Shown here piece by piece: positions 9,321-17,145 of a stretch of DNA of 64,000 nt (the first letter of the stretch is position 1; every line of letters starts with the position of its first letter). The DNA is taken from the NCBI GenBank assembly GCA_035541755.1, contig DATKMQ010000063.1, positions 13,364 to 77,363 of the forward strand, written 5' to 3'. The DNA comes from Syntrophorhabdaceae bacterium. GTDB taxonomy: Bacteria; Desulfobacterota; Syntrophorhabdia; Syntrophorhabdales; Syntrophorhabdaceae. The position numbers and the translations under genes were made by a program. Below the pieces are notes generated by a model that was given only the letters and a program-made list of their open reading frames with translations, was not told the origin of the DNA and ran no database searches.

Positions 9321-10217
9321 TTGGATAATAATGAACAACCTTTATATAAAGTGCCAACTATTGAGGAAATACGAGATGCAAGAAAAAATAGGATAGTAAT
9401 AATGCTTTATGCTTTTGGAGATGAAAGTCACGACCAAAAAATGAACAGATTTTACGCTGTATCGGTTATTGTTGGAACGCAAGAAGAATGGGACAATTTA
9501 GCAATTTCTTGGAATAAACGCATAAAGGGCATCGCCTTTCATGCTTCCGATTGTGACTCTGATCTTAATAAATACCAGAACAATACCCACGAAGAAAATA
9601 AACAGCTTTACTGTGATCTGACCAACATGCTTGCGGAAACTAAATTGGTTGGTTACGGTACCGCCATAGATATAGAAAGTTTTAGAAGTTATTTCCCCGA
9701 ACGTGCGGACGATATTCCATATCTTTGTTTCCATTTTGTTATCGGCCATTTTGTTAGGATTGCATCTCGGTTAACGCCACAAGAAAAAATTTCCTTCACT
9801 TTTGATATAAACACAAAAACAAATCCTGGAACCGCTGCTCTGTACCAATGGTTAATAAGTTTGCCGGAATGGCAAGATCAATATGCTAAGTGCATTGATT
9901 CTGTGACGTTTGCTACAGATGAGGACAGGGTTGAAATACAAGCAGCAGACCTGTATAGCAGAGAGATAATGAAATATTACGATGAGTACTGTACGGGTAA
10001 GCGTGATTTACGAAAATCTATTCAAGCGTTGTTCGATACAGGAAGATATAAGTGTGATTTAATGGATAGAAAATTCATTGAAAACTGGAAAAATGAATGT
10101 GACAGCGCGGAAGTATCTAACGATTTATATAATGAGTGGTTATTGAAGAATAGATTAAAAGATAACGCTCCCAACAGGTATAAATTTCTTATCAATACAT
10201 CGGAACTATGGTATTGA
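9321..10217 (+). CDS. DUF3800-domain protein (IS passenger gene)
   Basis: N-terminal 'MLYAFGDESH' (DES motif) and C-terminal 'EIQAADLYSREI' (QxAD motif) are the two DUF3800 hallmarks. The ORF track starts at TTG 9321. ATG 9402 (downstream of the predicted TSS, with AGGA 8 nt upstream) is the more likely start. Confidence 0.75.
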   Translation: MDNNEQPLYKVPTIEEIRDARKNRIVIMLYAFGDESHDQKMNRFYAVSVIVGTQEEWDNLAISWNKRIKGIAFHASDCDSDLNKYQNNTHEENKQLYCDLTNMLAETKLVGYGTAIDIESFRSYFPERADDIPYLCFHFVIGHFVRIASRLTPQEKISFTFDINTKTNPGTAALYQWLISLPEWQDQYAKCIDSVTFATDEDRVEIQAADLYSREIMKYYDEYCTGKRDLRKSIQALFDTGRYKCDLMDRKFIENWKNECDSAEVSNDLYNEWLLKNRLKDNAPNRYKFLINTSELWY

Positions 10218-10223
10218 CGAAAT

Positions 10224-10406
10224 TCATTGAGGATGTTTTTTTTTCATAATAATGGCACAGGCTTGCTCAAACCTTTCGTCTGTGCCTTTTGTGTGTAGCT
10301 CTTTTGCTTTTTCTATGAAGCGCATAGATTCTTCTTCGTTTCTTATCTCTACGTTTTTCTTTTTCGGCTTTTCTTTTTTCTTCTTCATAAATCCCCTTAT
10401 CTTCAA
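10224..10406 (-). CDS. Hypothetical Lys-rich small protein (60 aa; 54 aa from internal ATG 10388)
   Basis: The ORF begins with a TTG that overlaps the transposase stop (TTGA) and has an internal ATG at 10388. No recognisable domain, and coding status is uncertain. Confidence 0.3.
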   Translation of the reverse strand: MKIRGFMKKKKEKPKKKNVEIRNEEESMRFIEKAKELHTKGTDERFEQACAIIMKKKHPQ

Positions 10407-11350
10407 GCAGGCGTCGTATAGGTGAGACGCTTGCCGACTACGCCCAACAATGCCTTGTCTGCTCTTTGCTCATCATCAACGCCCAACTTTACCCTGTTAT
10501 TGTATCTGAAATCGAACTCCGCAAGGTATCTGTGAAGATGTTGTTTGCCGCAATGATGATACACGCCGTTGATGCCACGCTTCAAGATGCTGAAATAGCC
10601 CTCGATGCTGTTTGTGGTGATCTTTTCATCGCCTTCTATGCGAACATACTCATACTCGCTATGGTTCACTTGTGAGTGTTTTCGATTTGCGCCTACGCTC
10701 TCCAATACCGTAGATTCATCGGTTATCAGATGAGCGTTCTCAGCAACCATTTCTTCAACGATAGGCTTCAAGTTCTTTGCTGTGACTCGTTGCACGTGGA
10801 AAGAACGAACAGAGCCGCCACGCTGTAACACAGAGACAACAGCCGCCTTATTATCGAATGGAGATAGCCTGTCTTTCGGACGTTTCCCTGGCTTAACTGC
10901 GTGTGAGCCTGTACGGAATTTACCGCCGACATAAGTTTCATCCATTTCAACGGGGCCATAGAACGGGCCTTCTGGATGCTGTTCCATTGCATATCTGATT
11001 CTGTGGGTCATAAACCAAGCTGTTTTAAGCGTAACGCCAAGAGTGCGGCTCAATTGGTTCGCGCTAATCCCTTTCTTTGAAGTACACATGAAATACATAG
11101 CCTGTAACCAATATCTTAATGGAATGTGGCTATCTTCAAAAATAGTCCCGATCTTCACCGTGAACGGCTTGCGGCAGGCATAGCACTTGTAAAGACCGAT
11201 TCTATAAGTTTTCCCATTGAGCTTGCCGCTTCTCCCAATCGTACCGCAATGAGGACACACGGGGCCATTAGGCCAGAGCTTCGATTCAACAAACTTGTAG
11301 GCTTCTTCCTCATTGTGAAAGCGTTCGGCTGATATTATTGATTGGTTCAT
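10403..11350 (-). CDS. IS1595-family transposase
   Basis: N-terminal Zn-ribbon 'CPHCG...YKCYACRKPFT', an HTH-like 'GISANQLSRTLGVTLKTAWFMTHRIR' and a DDE domain beginning 'EMDETYVGGK'. SD AAGGAG lies 8 nt upstream of the ATG. Confidence 0.9.
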   Translation of the reverse strand: MNQSIISAERFHNEEEAYKFVESKLWPNGPVCPHCGTIGRSGKLNGKTYRIGLYKCYACRKPFTVKIGTIFEDSHIPLRYWLQAMYFMCTSKKGISANQLSRTLGVTLKTAWFMTHRIRYAMEQHPEGPFYGPVEMDETYVGGKFRTGSHAVKPGKRPKDRLSPFDNKAAVVSVLQRGGSVRSFHVQRVTAKNLKPIVEEMVAENAHLITDESTVLESVGANRKHSQVNHSEYEYVRIEGDEKITTNSIEGYFSILKRGINGVYHHCGKQHLHRYLAEFDFRYNNRVKLGVDDEQRADKALLGVVGKRLTYTTPA

Positions 11351-11374
11351 TGTGCTATCTCCTTTCTATTCTTA

Positions 11375-11403
11375 AGTGTAGCACATGCAGGTGGGGATGT
11401 CAA
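11375..11403 (-). promoter_or_regulatory. Putative sigma70-type promoter, TTGACA-17-TACACT, for the transposase
   Basis: -35 TTGACA (complement of 11398-11403) lies inside the right IR. -10 TACACT is the complement of 11375-11380. Confidence 0.5.
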
Positions 11404-11416
11404 GTATAATATTACC
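11392..11416. repeat. Right terminal inverted repeat
   Basis: The reverse complement reads GGTAATATTATACTTGACATCCCCA, 24/25 identical to 9279-9303. Confidence 0.85.
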
Positions 11417-11424
11417 AAGATTTC
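11417..11424. repeat. Target-site duplication, right copy (AAGATTTC)
   Basis: Perfect 8-bp direct repeat of 9271-9278, immediately outside the right IR. Confidence 0.8.
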
Positions 11425-11540
11425 CCTTTATACTCTTTTCTCTTTTGGTTAAAATGTTGGCCGATCCTTTTGCCTGTCGTGAATGACGCAAAAAGGATAA
11501 TGATAGATGTAATAAAGCATATCCTTTCCGGTCAAAGCCA

Positions 11541-12407
11541 TTGAGTGATAACAAAATTCTTCTTATCCACCTGGGCGGCTTAGGCGACGTCTGCCTGTCC
11601 GAATCGATCTTTAATTCTCTGCGCAAGCATTTCGGCAACAGGCTCGTTGGCCTCGGCAACAGACGATTTCTTGAGCTTTTCAGTGAATACTTCGCGAGCG
11701 TTGAGTCCATTGAGTCGAGAAAATGGCTCTATCTGTTTTCGGAGAAGCTGACCGGCCCGGGGTGGGCAAAGGTGATCTTTATCGGAAAGGATCGCGAAAC
11801 GAGGTTGAGAAGCAGGTGGCAGGGCCACTCGGAAGAAGAGATCATGTTCATAGATATGTATCCCGAAGGAGCCTTCGGTGCCCGTATGATCGAGACGAAC
11901 GGGCAAAAGATGCATATCGAGGATTATGAGCTGACTCAGCTTCGCTCGTACGGTATCGAGCCTTTGAAGAAAAAGCCTGTCCCGAGCATCTCATCAAGGG
12001 TTATCCTTTATCCGGAAAAGGGTTTTACCAAGGAAAAATGGAATCCCGGAAATTTCCTCGCGCTCTATGCGTTGTTAGAGGCAGAAGGTGTTGACGTGAC
12101 CGTGCTTGAATCTATCGATCTAAAGCTCAATGCGGGCCGCAAGGTTTTTCTTCAAGACTTAAAAGAGATACAGCGTTTTTTCGCACAGGGAGGCATCTTT
12201 GTATCGAATGATTCGGGTATGGCGCACCTCGCCGGCGCATCAGGTCTTTTCACCGTCACCATATTTAGCGGTTTTGATCCGGCGATCTGGCATCCGCGAG
12301 GAGACAATCTCGTATTGAGATCGGAGGCGAGCGGACTTTCCGCGCACGTGGTCGAGAAGACCGTACGAGAAATCCTGTTCAGGCTTCACGAGTCCGGGAC
12401 GTGGTGA
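11541..12407 (+). CDS. Glycosyltransferase family 9 (LPS heptosyltransferase-like)
   Basis: N-terminal 'KILLIHLGGLGDVCLS' and C-terminal 'FVSNDSGMAHLAGASG' are GT9 hallmarks. TTG start. Confidence 0.78.
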   Translation: MSDNKILLIHLGGLGDVCLSESIFNSLRKHFGNRLVGLGNRRFLELFSEYFASVESIESRKWLYLFSEKLTGPGWAKVIFIGKDRETRLRSRWQGHSEEEIMFIDMYPEGAFGARMIETNGQKMHIEDYELTQLRSYGIEPLKKKPVPSISSRVILYPEKGFTKEKWNPGNFLALYALLEAEGVDVTVLESIDLKLNAGRKVFLQDLKEIQRFFAQGGIFVSNDSGMAHLAGASGLFTVTIFSGFDPAIWHPRGDNLVLRSEASGLSAHVVEKTVREILFRLHESGTW

Positions 12408-12446
12408 AGCCGGCCCCGGCCATGCACACTCCACAACGCTTTTTAG

Positions 12447-13340
12447 TCATCGGGTCTCAAAGGCTTTTCTCATGTAGACCCCTATGCTGTCGATCGCCTG
12501 TCTGCCCTCGACAAGAAGCGCTGAGAAGGCCTGCCAGCAATGGAACATGTTCTCCCAGGCCTCAAAGGTAACATCAAGCCCAGCCTCTTTTGCGTTCTTC
12601 GCAAACTCCTTCACGTCATCAAAGAGAATTTCATGGGTGCCCACCTGGATCAAGAGGGGAGAAAGACCCGTTAGGCTCCCGTAGATTGGCGAAACCATCG
12701 GGTCTTTAGGATCGTGGCCTCTCAGATAGGCCCGTCTCGCCATCTCAAGGTTGTCTTTCCCAAGCCAGTCGCTCAGGGTATTTGATTCCACGGATGGGCG
12801 GCTTAAGGCAAGGTCAACGGCAGGCGAGAGTAAAACCGCCGCTTTGGGAAGAGGAAGAGAATTTTCACGCAGCCTGAACAGCATGGTTAACACGAGATTT
12901 CCTCCGGCCGACAAACCCACGGGTACAATAAGCCGCGGGCTTATTCCTCCGTTGATGAGCCAGAGGTAGGACTTAACACAATCATCAAGGGCTGCGGGAA
13001 AGATGTGTTCGGGGGCAAGGCGGTAATCGACGCTTAATACGCGGCATCTTGAGGTGTAAGCGATCCTTTCGCAGAGCTCCAGATGATCTTTGGTTGATCC
13101 TACCGTGAAACCCCCTCCGTGAAAGAAGAGCACCACTCGATCCATGGGCGCTTGAGCAGTAAAAATCCAGAAGGCAGGTATGTGGCCAATCCGAACGGGC
13201 TCCATCGTGCACATCTGTTCTGAGCGAAAGCGCGCATAAAACGCCTCGAGATTCCGCCGAAGCTCTTCCATGGACGCCGCCTTGAGTTGGGTTTGCTCCT
13301 TCGCCATCCTCAACACTTTTTCGGCGTTCTCGCTCACCAT
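12447..13340 (-). CDS. Alpha/beta hydrolase, hormone-sensitive-lipase-type esterase
   Basis: Oxyanion 'FFHGGGFTVGS' and nucleophile elbow 'GLSAGGNL'. Confidence 0.85.
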   Translation of the reverse strand: MVSENAEKVLRMAKEQTQLKAASMEELRRNLEAFYARFRSEQMCTMEPVRIGHIPAFWIFTAQAPMDRVVLFFHGGGFTVGSTKDHLELCERIAYTSRCRVLSVDYRLAPEHIFPAALDDCVKSYLWLINGGISPRLIVPVGLSAGGNLVLTMLFRLRENSLPLPKAAVLLSPAVDLALSRPSVESNTLSDWLGKDNLEMARRAYLRGHDPKDPMVSPIYGSLTGLSPLLIQVGTHEILFDDVKEFAKNAKEAGLDVTFEAWENMFHCWQAFSALLVEGRQAIDSIGVYMRKAFETR

Positions 13341-13503
13341 TGCGTCATCCTCATCTTTCCCATGTTTTTCAGCATATTCAATCTACAATATAAGGCATCC
13401 TCGCTTCCCGTGTCGTAGTCGTCCTGTCGCGATACGGGCTCGCGGCTTATCCACCCCACAGGAGGTGAGCAGACATTCTCACAGCCACCTGATCGGGCCG
13501 CCT

Positions 13504-13533
13504 TTGCTATACGTGCGCATCATGTGATATAAT
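13504..13533 (+). promoter_or_regulatory. Putative promoter TTGCTA-18-(TGa)TATAAT upstream of the DEAD-box helicase
   Basis: Perfect -10 TATAAT at 13528-13533 with an extended TG, and -35 TTGCTA at 13504-13509. This predicts a 5' UTR of about 90 nt. Confidence 0.4.
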
Positions 13534-13631
13534 AGTGCGTTGTGCAGTCAATTGAACAGTCTTTTTCGTCCGCCCAATCGATTGGGTCGCTCATAGATTG
13601 ATTCACGGCTACAATTTAAAACGCAAAAGGA

Positions 13632-15062
13632 ATGATCATGGCACAAGAGAGATTTGAAGACCTTACATTATCAAAGGAACTCCGCAGGGCCATTCAGGCA
13701 ATGGAATTTGAGGAGATGACCCCCATTCAGGCGCGATCGATCCCACTCGTACTCGAGGGGAAGGATATCATCGGCCAGGCGCAGACGGGCACGGGCAAGA
13801 CCCTTGCCTTCGGCATCCCACTTCTCGAATCAATTCATCCGAAAATCAGGAAAACACAGGCTATCATCCTCTGTCCCACGAGGGAGCTCGCCATACAGGT
13901 GGCAGAAGAGTTGCAAAGACTTCTCAGGTACAAGGATGAGGTAGTCATTCTGCCTGTGTACGGAGGGCAGCCCATAGAACGGCAGCTCAAAATCTTAAAG
14001 AACGGCGTGCATGTGATCATCGGTACGCCCGGACGCACCATCGACCATATCAACCGGGGTACCCTTAAGCTCGAAAACGTAAAGATGGTTGTGCTTGATG
14101 AAGCAGACGAGATGCTCAACATGGGTTTTATCGACGATGTAGAGACTATCCTCCGAAGAACCCCAAGAGAGCGGCAAACACTGCTTTTTTCCGCCACTAT
14201 GCCCAAGCCTATCCTCGATCTCACCAAACGGTATCAGAAAGAACCCGAATATGTAAAAGTTGTGCACAAGCAGTTAACCGTACCCCTTGTTGAACAGTAC
14301 TATCTCGAGGTGCGAGAAGGTATGAAACTCGATGTTCTGTGTCGTCTTATCGATATGTACGGTTTCAAATCGTCACTCGTGTTCTGCAACATGAAGAGAA
14401 GGGTTGATGACGTGGTCATGCATCTCGAAGCCAGGGGATATCCCGCATCGGGTTTGCACGGAGACATGACACAACCGGAACGCATGCACGCCATGGACAA
14501 ATTCAAGAAAAATTCCGCGGAGATTCTCGTAGCGACCGATGTGGCGGCGAGGGGTATTGACGTGGAGGATATTGAAGCGGTCTTTAATTACGACATCCCG
14601 CAGGATGAAGAGTATTATGTTCATCGGATCGGCAGGACCGCCCGGGCCGGCAAGAATGGCAAGGCCTTCACCTTTGTGGTAGGAATGGAGATTTACAAAC
14701 TCCGTGAGATCGAGGCGTTCGCGGCCACCAAGATAGCACGCAGACCGATACCCACCCTTGACGACGTTGAGGCCTTGAGAATAACGGCACTTCTCGACAA
14801 AATAAAAGCCGTCATCGATAAGGGCGGCCTTGAACAGATGGGACAGCTTATTGAGCCCCTCTTAACCGAGGACTACACCTCGCTCGACATCGCCGCCGCC
14901 CTGCTCAAAATAACCATGGAGCAAAATGGCAAAGAATATCAGGAAAATTATCCCCAGGATTCTCTGGAGGAATTCATAGCAACAACAGAGGAACGTTTTC
15001 GTAATCGTCGCACATTCAAGAAGAGGACTGTCAGAAGCTTTTCGGGCAAGAGACGGCGCTAA
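13632..15062 (+). CDS. DEAD-box ATP-dependent RNA helicase (DeaD/CsdA-like)
   Basis: Q motif, 'AQTGTGKT', 'VLDEADEML', 'SAT' and 'HRIGRTARAG', plus a C-terminal DeaD-type extension. Confidence 0.9.
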   Translation: MIMAQERFEDLTLSKELRRAIQAMEFEEMTPIQARSIPLVLEGKDIIGQAQTGTGKTLAFGIPLLESIHPKIRKTQAIILCPTRELAIQVAEELQRLLRYKDEVVILPVYGGQPIERQLKILKNGVHVIIGTPGRTIDHINRGTLKLENVKMVVLDEADEMLNMGFIDDVETILRRTPRERQTLLFSATMPKPILDLTKRYQKEPEYVKVVHKQLTVPLVEQYYLEVREGMKLDVLCRLIDMYGFKSSLVFCNMKRRVDDVVMHLEARGYPASGLHGDMTQPERMHAMDKFKKNSAEILVATDVAARGIDVEDIEAVFNYDIPQDEEYYVHRIGRTARAGKNGKAFTFVVGMEIYKLREIEAFAATKIARRPIPTLDDVEALRITALLDKIKAVIDKGGLEQMGQLIEPLLTEDYTSLDIAAALLKITMEQNGKEYQENYPQDSLEEFIATTEERFRNRRTFKKRTVRSFSGKRRR

Positions 15063-15214
15063 TCCCCAAGTGTAAGACGCGGTTTGCCAGTCATCCCGAG
15101 AGGGATCGAAGAGGCGCTCGCGGCTCTGCGGGCATCGCGATGCTCCTGTCTATATCCGCCGGTTTTTGTCACAAATCCATGCCACAGGTAGACGGGGCGA
15201 CTTAAGCGTCCCGG

Positions 15215-15385
15215 CTAACTCCTGTACATCTTTAAGAGTTCGTCTATTTGGTCCTGCGAGAGGTTCTCGCTTCCCTCCGCGCATTCGACGGCACTCTTCT
15301 CTTCAGCCCCCTCCAATTGCTGTGTTCCCGCTACGATATCGCCGAACAGGGCGTCGAGGTCATTTTGAGAAAAGAACTCATCCAT
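15215..15385 (-). CDS. Small acidic protein (56 aa) with two FliM-N-terminus-like 'LSQxxIDxL' motifs
   Basis: MDEFFSQNDLDALFGD...ENLSQDQIDELLKMYRS. Start chosen at ATG 15385, which has an AAGGG SD and lies downstream of the promoter at 15446-15474. The longer ORF-track start (15490) lies upstream of that promoter. Confidence 0.5.
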   Translation of the reverse strand: MDEFFSQNDLDALFGDIVAGTQQLEGAEEKSAVECAEGSENLSQDQIDELLKMYRS

Positions 15386-15445
15386 ATAGACCCTTAGTAA
15401 GCATCTGAGATAATTATCGGCAAAAGTAAAAAAAATAACAGTAAT

Positions 15446-15474
15446 ACGATAAAAAAAGTTGATTTTTTTGTCAA
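15446..15474 (-). promoter_or_regulatory. Putative promoter TTGACA-17-TATCGT for the small acidic ORF
   Basis: -35 is the complement of 15469-15474 and -10 is the complement of 15446-15451, in an AT-rich intergenic tract. Confidence 0.4.
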
Positions 15475-15627
15475 GGTAAACAAGCGGCATAGCTTTCGCG
15501 CACCATGCGCTCCACCTTTTCGCCCCCGCACGATTGCGTGAGGGATGCCGCAGGGCTTTGGGTTAAGCCGTGGGTCAAGGCCACATTAAACAGGGTAACG
15601 ACAAAGGCTCTGCTTTGCCTGAACATG

Positions 15628-15656
15628 TTGTAACCGGTGGCCAATTCGTATAGAAT
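15628..15656 (+). promoter_or_regulatory. Putative promoter TTGTAA-17-TAGAAT; predicts a leaderless receiver-LpxC mRNA
   Basis: The -10 ends 8 nt before ATG 15665. There is no Shine-Dalgarno in 15657-15664 (ATTGCACC). Confidence 0.4.
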
Positions 15657-15664
15657 ATTGCACC

Positions 15665-16918
15665 ATGCACAAGGTATTGATCATCGATGATGAAAAAGAC
15701 ATCCTTGATACGCTCTCGTCCATTCTTCAGGATGAGGGGTTCTCGGTTCTCAAGGCGGTAGATGGGGAGGAAGGGCTCGCCTTCTTTGAGCGCGAAAAGC
15801 CGGACATCGTCCTTCTCGACGTATGGATGCCCGAGCTCGATGGCATTCAGGTTTTGAAAAAGATAAAAGAACAGGACAAGGATGCTATCGTCATCGTCAT
15901 ATCGGGACATGGAACCATATCCACGGCAGTAGAGGCCGTGAAGATGGGGGCCTTTGATTTTCTTGAGAAACCGCTCTCTATAGACAAAGTGTTGGAGGTG
16001 GTCTTAAGGGGCCTCGGCACGGAGTATAAATCCAAAGGCAAAACGGAAGATTTCAAACTGAAAAGTTCGAAAGGATTGAGACAACTCAAACAGAGAACAA
16101 TCGGAAAAAGCATTGTCGTCTACGGTGTGGGACTCTTCTCCGGAGTCAAGACGGGCATGATTCTGCTTCCCGTGCCGGAGAACACCGGCATTGTCTTCGA
16201 GCACATCCCCGACGGGGAGCGCGTGCCGGCCTACATCGATTACGCCTTTTCCGTAGGCAACAACTCTTCGGTAAAAGGCAAGAACTGCGCAGTCCGGACC
16301 ATCGAACATCTGCTTTCAGCGTGTCATATGTGCGGCATCACCAACCTTCTCGTAAAGGTAAGTGAGGAGATACCGAACTTCGACGGCTCGGCCATCGAAA
16401 TCTGCAACAAGATCGAAGAGTCCGGTGTGGTGGAGCAGGATGAAGGCATAGAGCCTTTGAGGATCACGGAACGAATAGAGCTGACAAATCTTGCCCAGGG
16501 CAAGCTTCTTTCCATCGAGCCCTCGGAGACTTTCGAGGTAGAATACGAACTGGAACAGGCCGCACCCATCGGCAGGCAGACGTATCGCTTCTCGGGTAAC
16601 AGGCAATCCTACGTGAACGACATTGCGCCTGCACGAACATTCAGCTTTATCAAGGATTTTGAGCAGCTCGCTAAGAAAGGCCTGGGTTCGGGAGGCAGGG
16701 TTGACAACGCTATCCTCAATGTGATTCTCTTAAACGACAACGGCGTCATCAACACAAAACTCAGGTTTCAGGATGAGTTCGTGCGCCACAAGATCCTCGA
16801 TCTCATCGGTGACATCTATCTCCTCAACAGGCCAGTACTCGGCAAAATCAGGGCAAAACAGACGGGCCATCTCGAAAACATAGCCCTGGTCAAAGAACTG
16901 AAGAGGCGCTTTCTCTGA
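15665..16918 (+). CDS. Response-regulator receiver domain fused to UDP-3-O-acyl-GlcNAc deacetylase (LpxC) domain
   Basis: REC: 'LIIDDEKD', 'VLLDVWMPELDG' and 'FLEKPL'. LpxC: 'KQRTIGKSIVVYGVGLFSG', 'RTIEHLLSA', 'ARTFSF', 'FQDEFVRHKILDLIGDI' and 'TGHLEN'. The Zn and catalytic residues are conserved relative to E. coli LpxC. Confidence 0.88.
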   Translation: MHKVLIIDDEKDILDTLSSILQDEGFSVLKAVDGEEGLAFFEREKPDIVLLDVWMPELDGIQVLKKIKEQDKDAIVIVISGHGTISTAVEAVKMGAFDFLEKPLSIDKVLEVVLRGLGTEYKSKGKTEDFKLKSSKGLRQLKQRTIGKSIVVYGVGLFSGVKTGMILLPVPENTGIVFEHIPDGERVPAYIDYAFSVGNNSSVKGKNCAVRTIEHLLSACHMCGITNLLVKVSEEIPNFDGSAIEICNKIEESGVVEQDEGIEPLRITERIELTNLAQGKLLSIEPSETFEVEYELEQAAPIGRQTYRFSGNRQSYVNDIAPARTFSFIKDFEQLAKKGLGSGGRVDNAILNVILLNDNGVINTKLRFQDEFVRHKILDLIGDIYLLNRPVLGKIRAKQTGHLENIALVKELKRRFL

Positions 16919-17014
16919 GCAGCGAAACAGGGAAGCGCAACGCCTGCCGCTTTTCATCCCAATGCCGGGGCTCGAATAGGCCTTTCCGCCCTTTAACCGG
17001 GATACCCATGGCAT

Positions 17015-17043
17015 ATTTACTTTTCGGGAATTTTGGGTATAAT
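17015..17043 (+). promoter_or_regulatory. Weak candidate promoter ATTTAC-17-TATAAT upstream of ychF
   Basis: Perfect TATAAT at 17038-17043, but a poor -35. Confidence 0.25.
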
Positions 17044-17145
17044 ATCCTTTGAGTCACAAGGTGACTTAAATTTCGTCTGGATCAGTACAATCACACCAAA
17101 AGCTGATACATACTGACCAAAAACGTATCTGGTTGTCCTTGAGGA

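Larger units (their letters stand above)
9279..11416 (-). mobile_element. IS1595-family insertion sequence carrying passenger genes (2138 bp)
   Basis: AT-rich block bounded by 25-nt terminal inverted repeats (24/25 match) and an 8-bp direct repeat. It contains a transposase with Zn-ribbon plus ISXO2-like DDE domain, a DUF3800 gene and a small ORF. Confidence 0.85.

Noticed and set aside
11372-11710. ORF 11372..11710(-), which spans the right IS end and the GT9 start.
   Set aside because: It crosses the IS boundary and the target duplication, overlaps the GT9 N-terminus in antisense, and has no recognisable features.
15386-15400. A shared 10-mer TAAGGGTCTA immediately upstream of ATG 15385 (minus strand) and of ATG 25440 in the arsR-family gene.
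   Set aside because: A single 10-nt coincidence containing an SD-like AAGGG is not statistically compelling in 128 kb of two-strand sequence. It is used only as weak support for those start codons.
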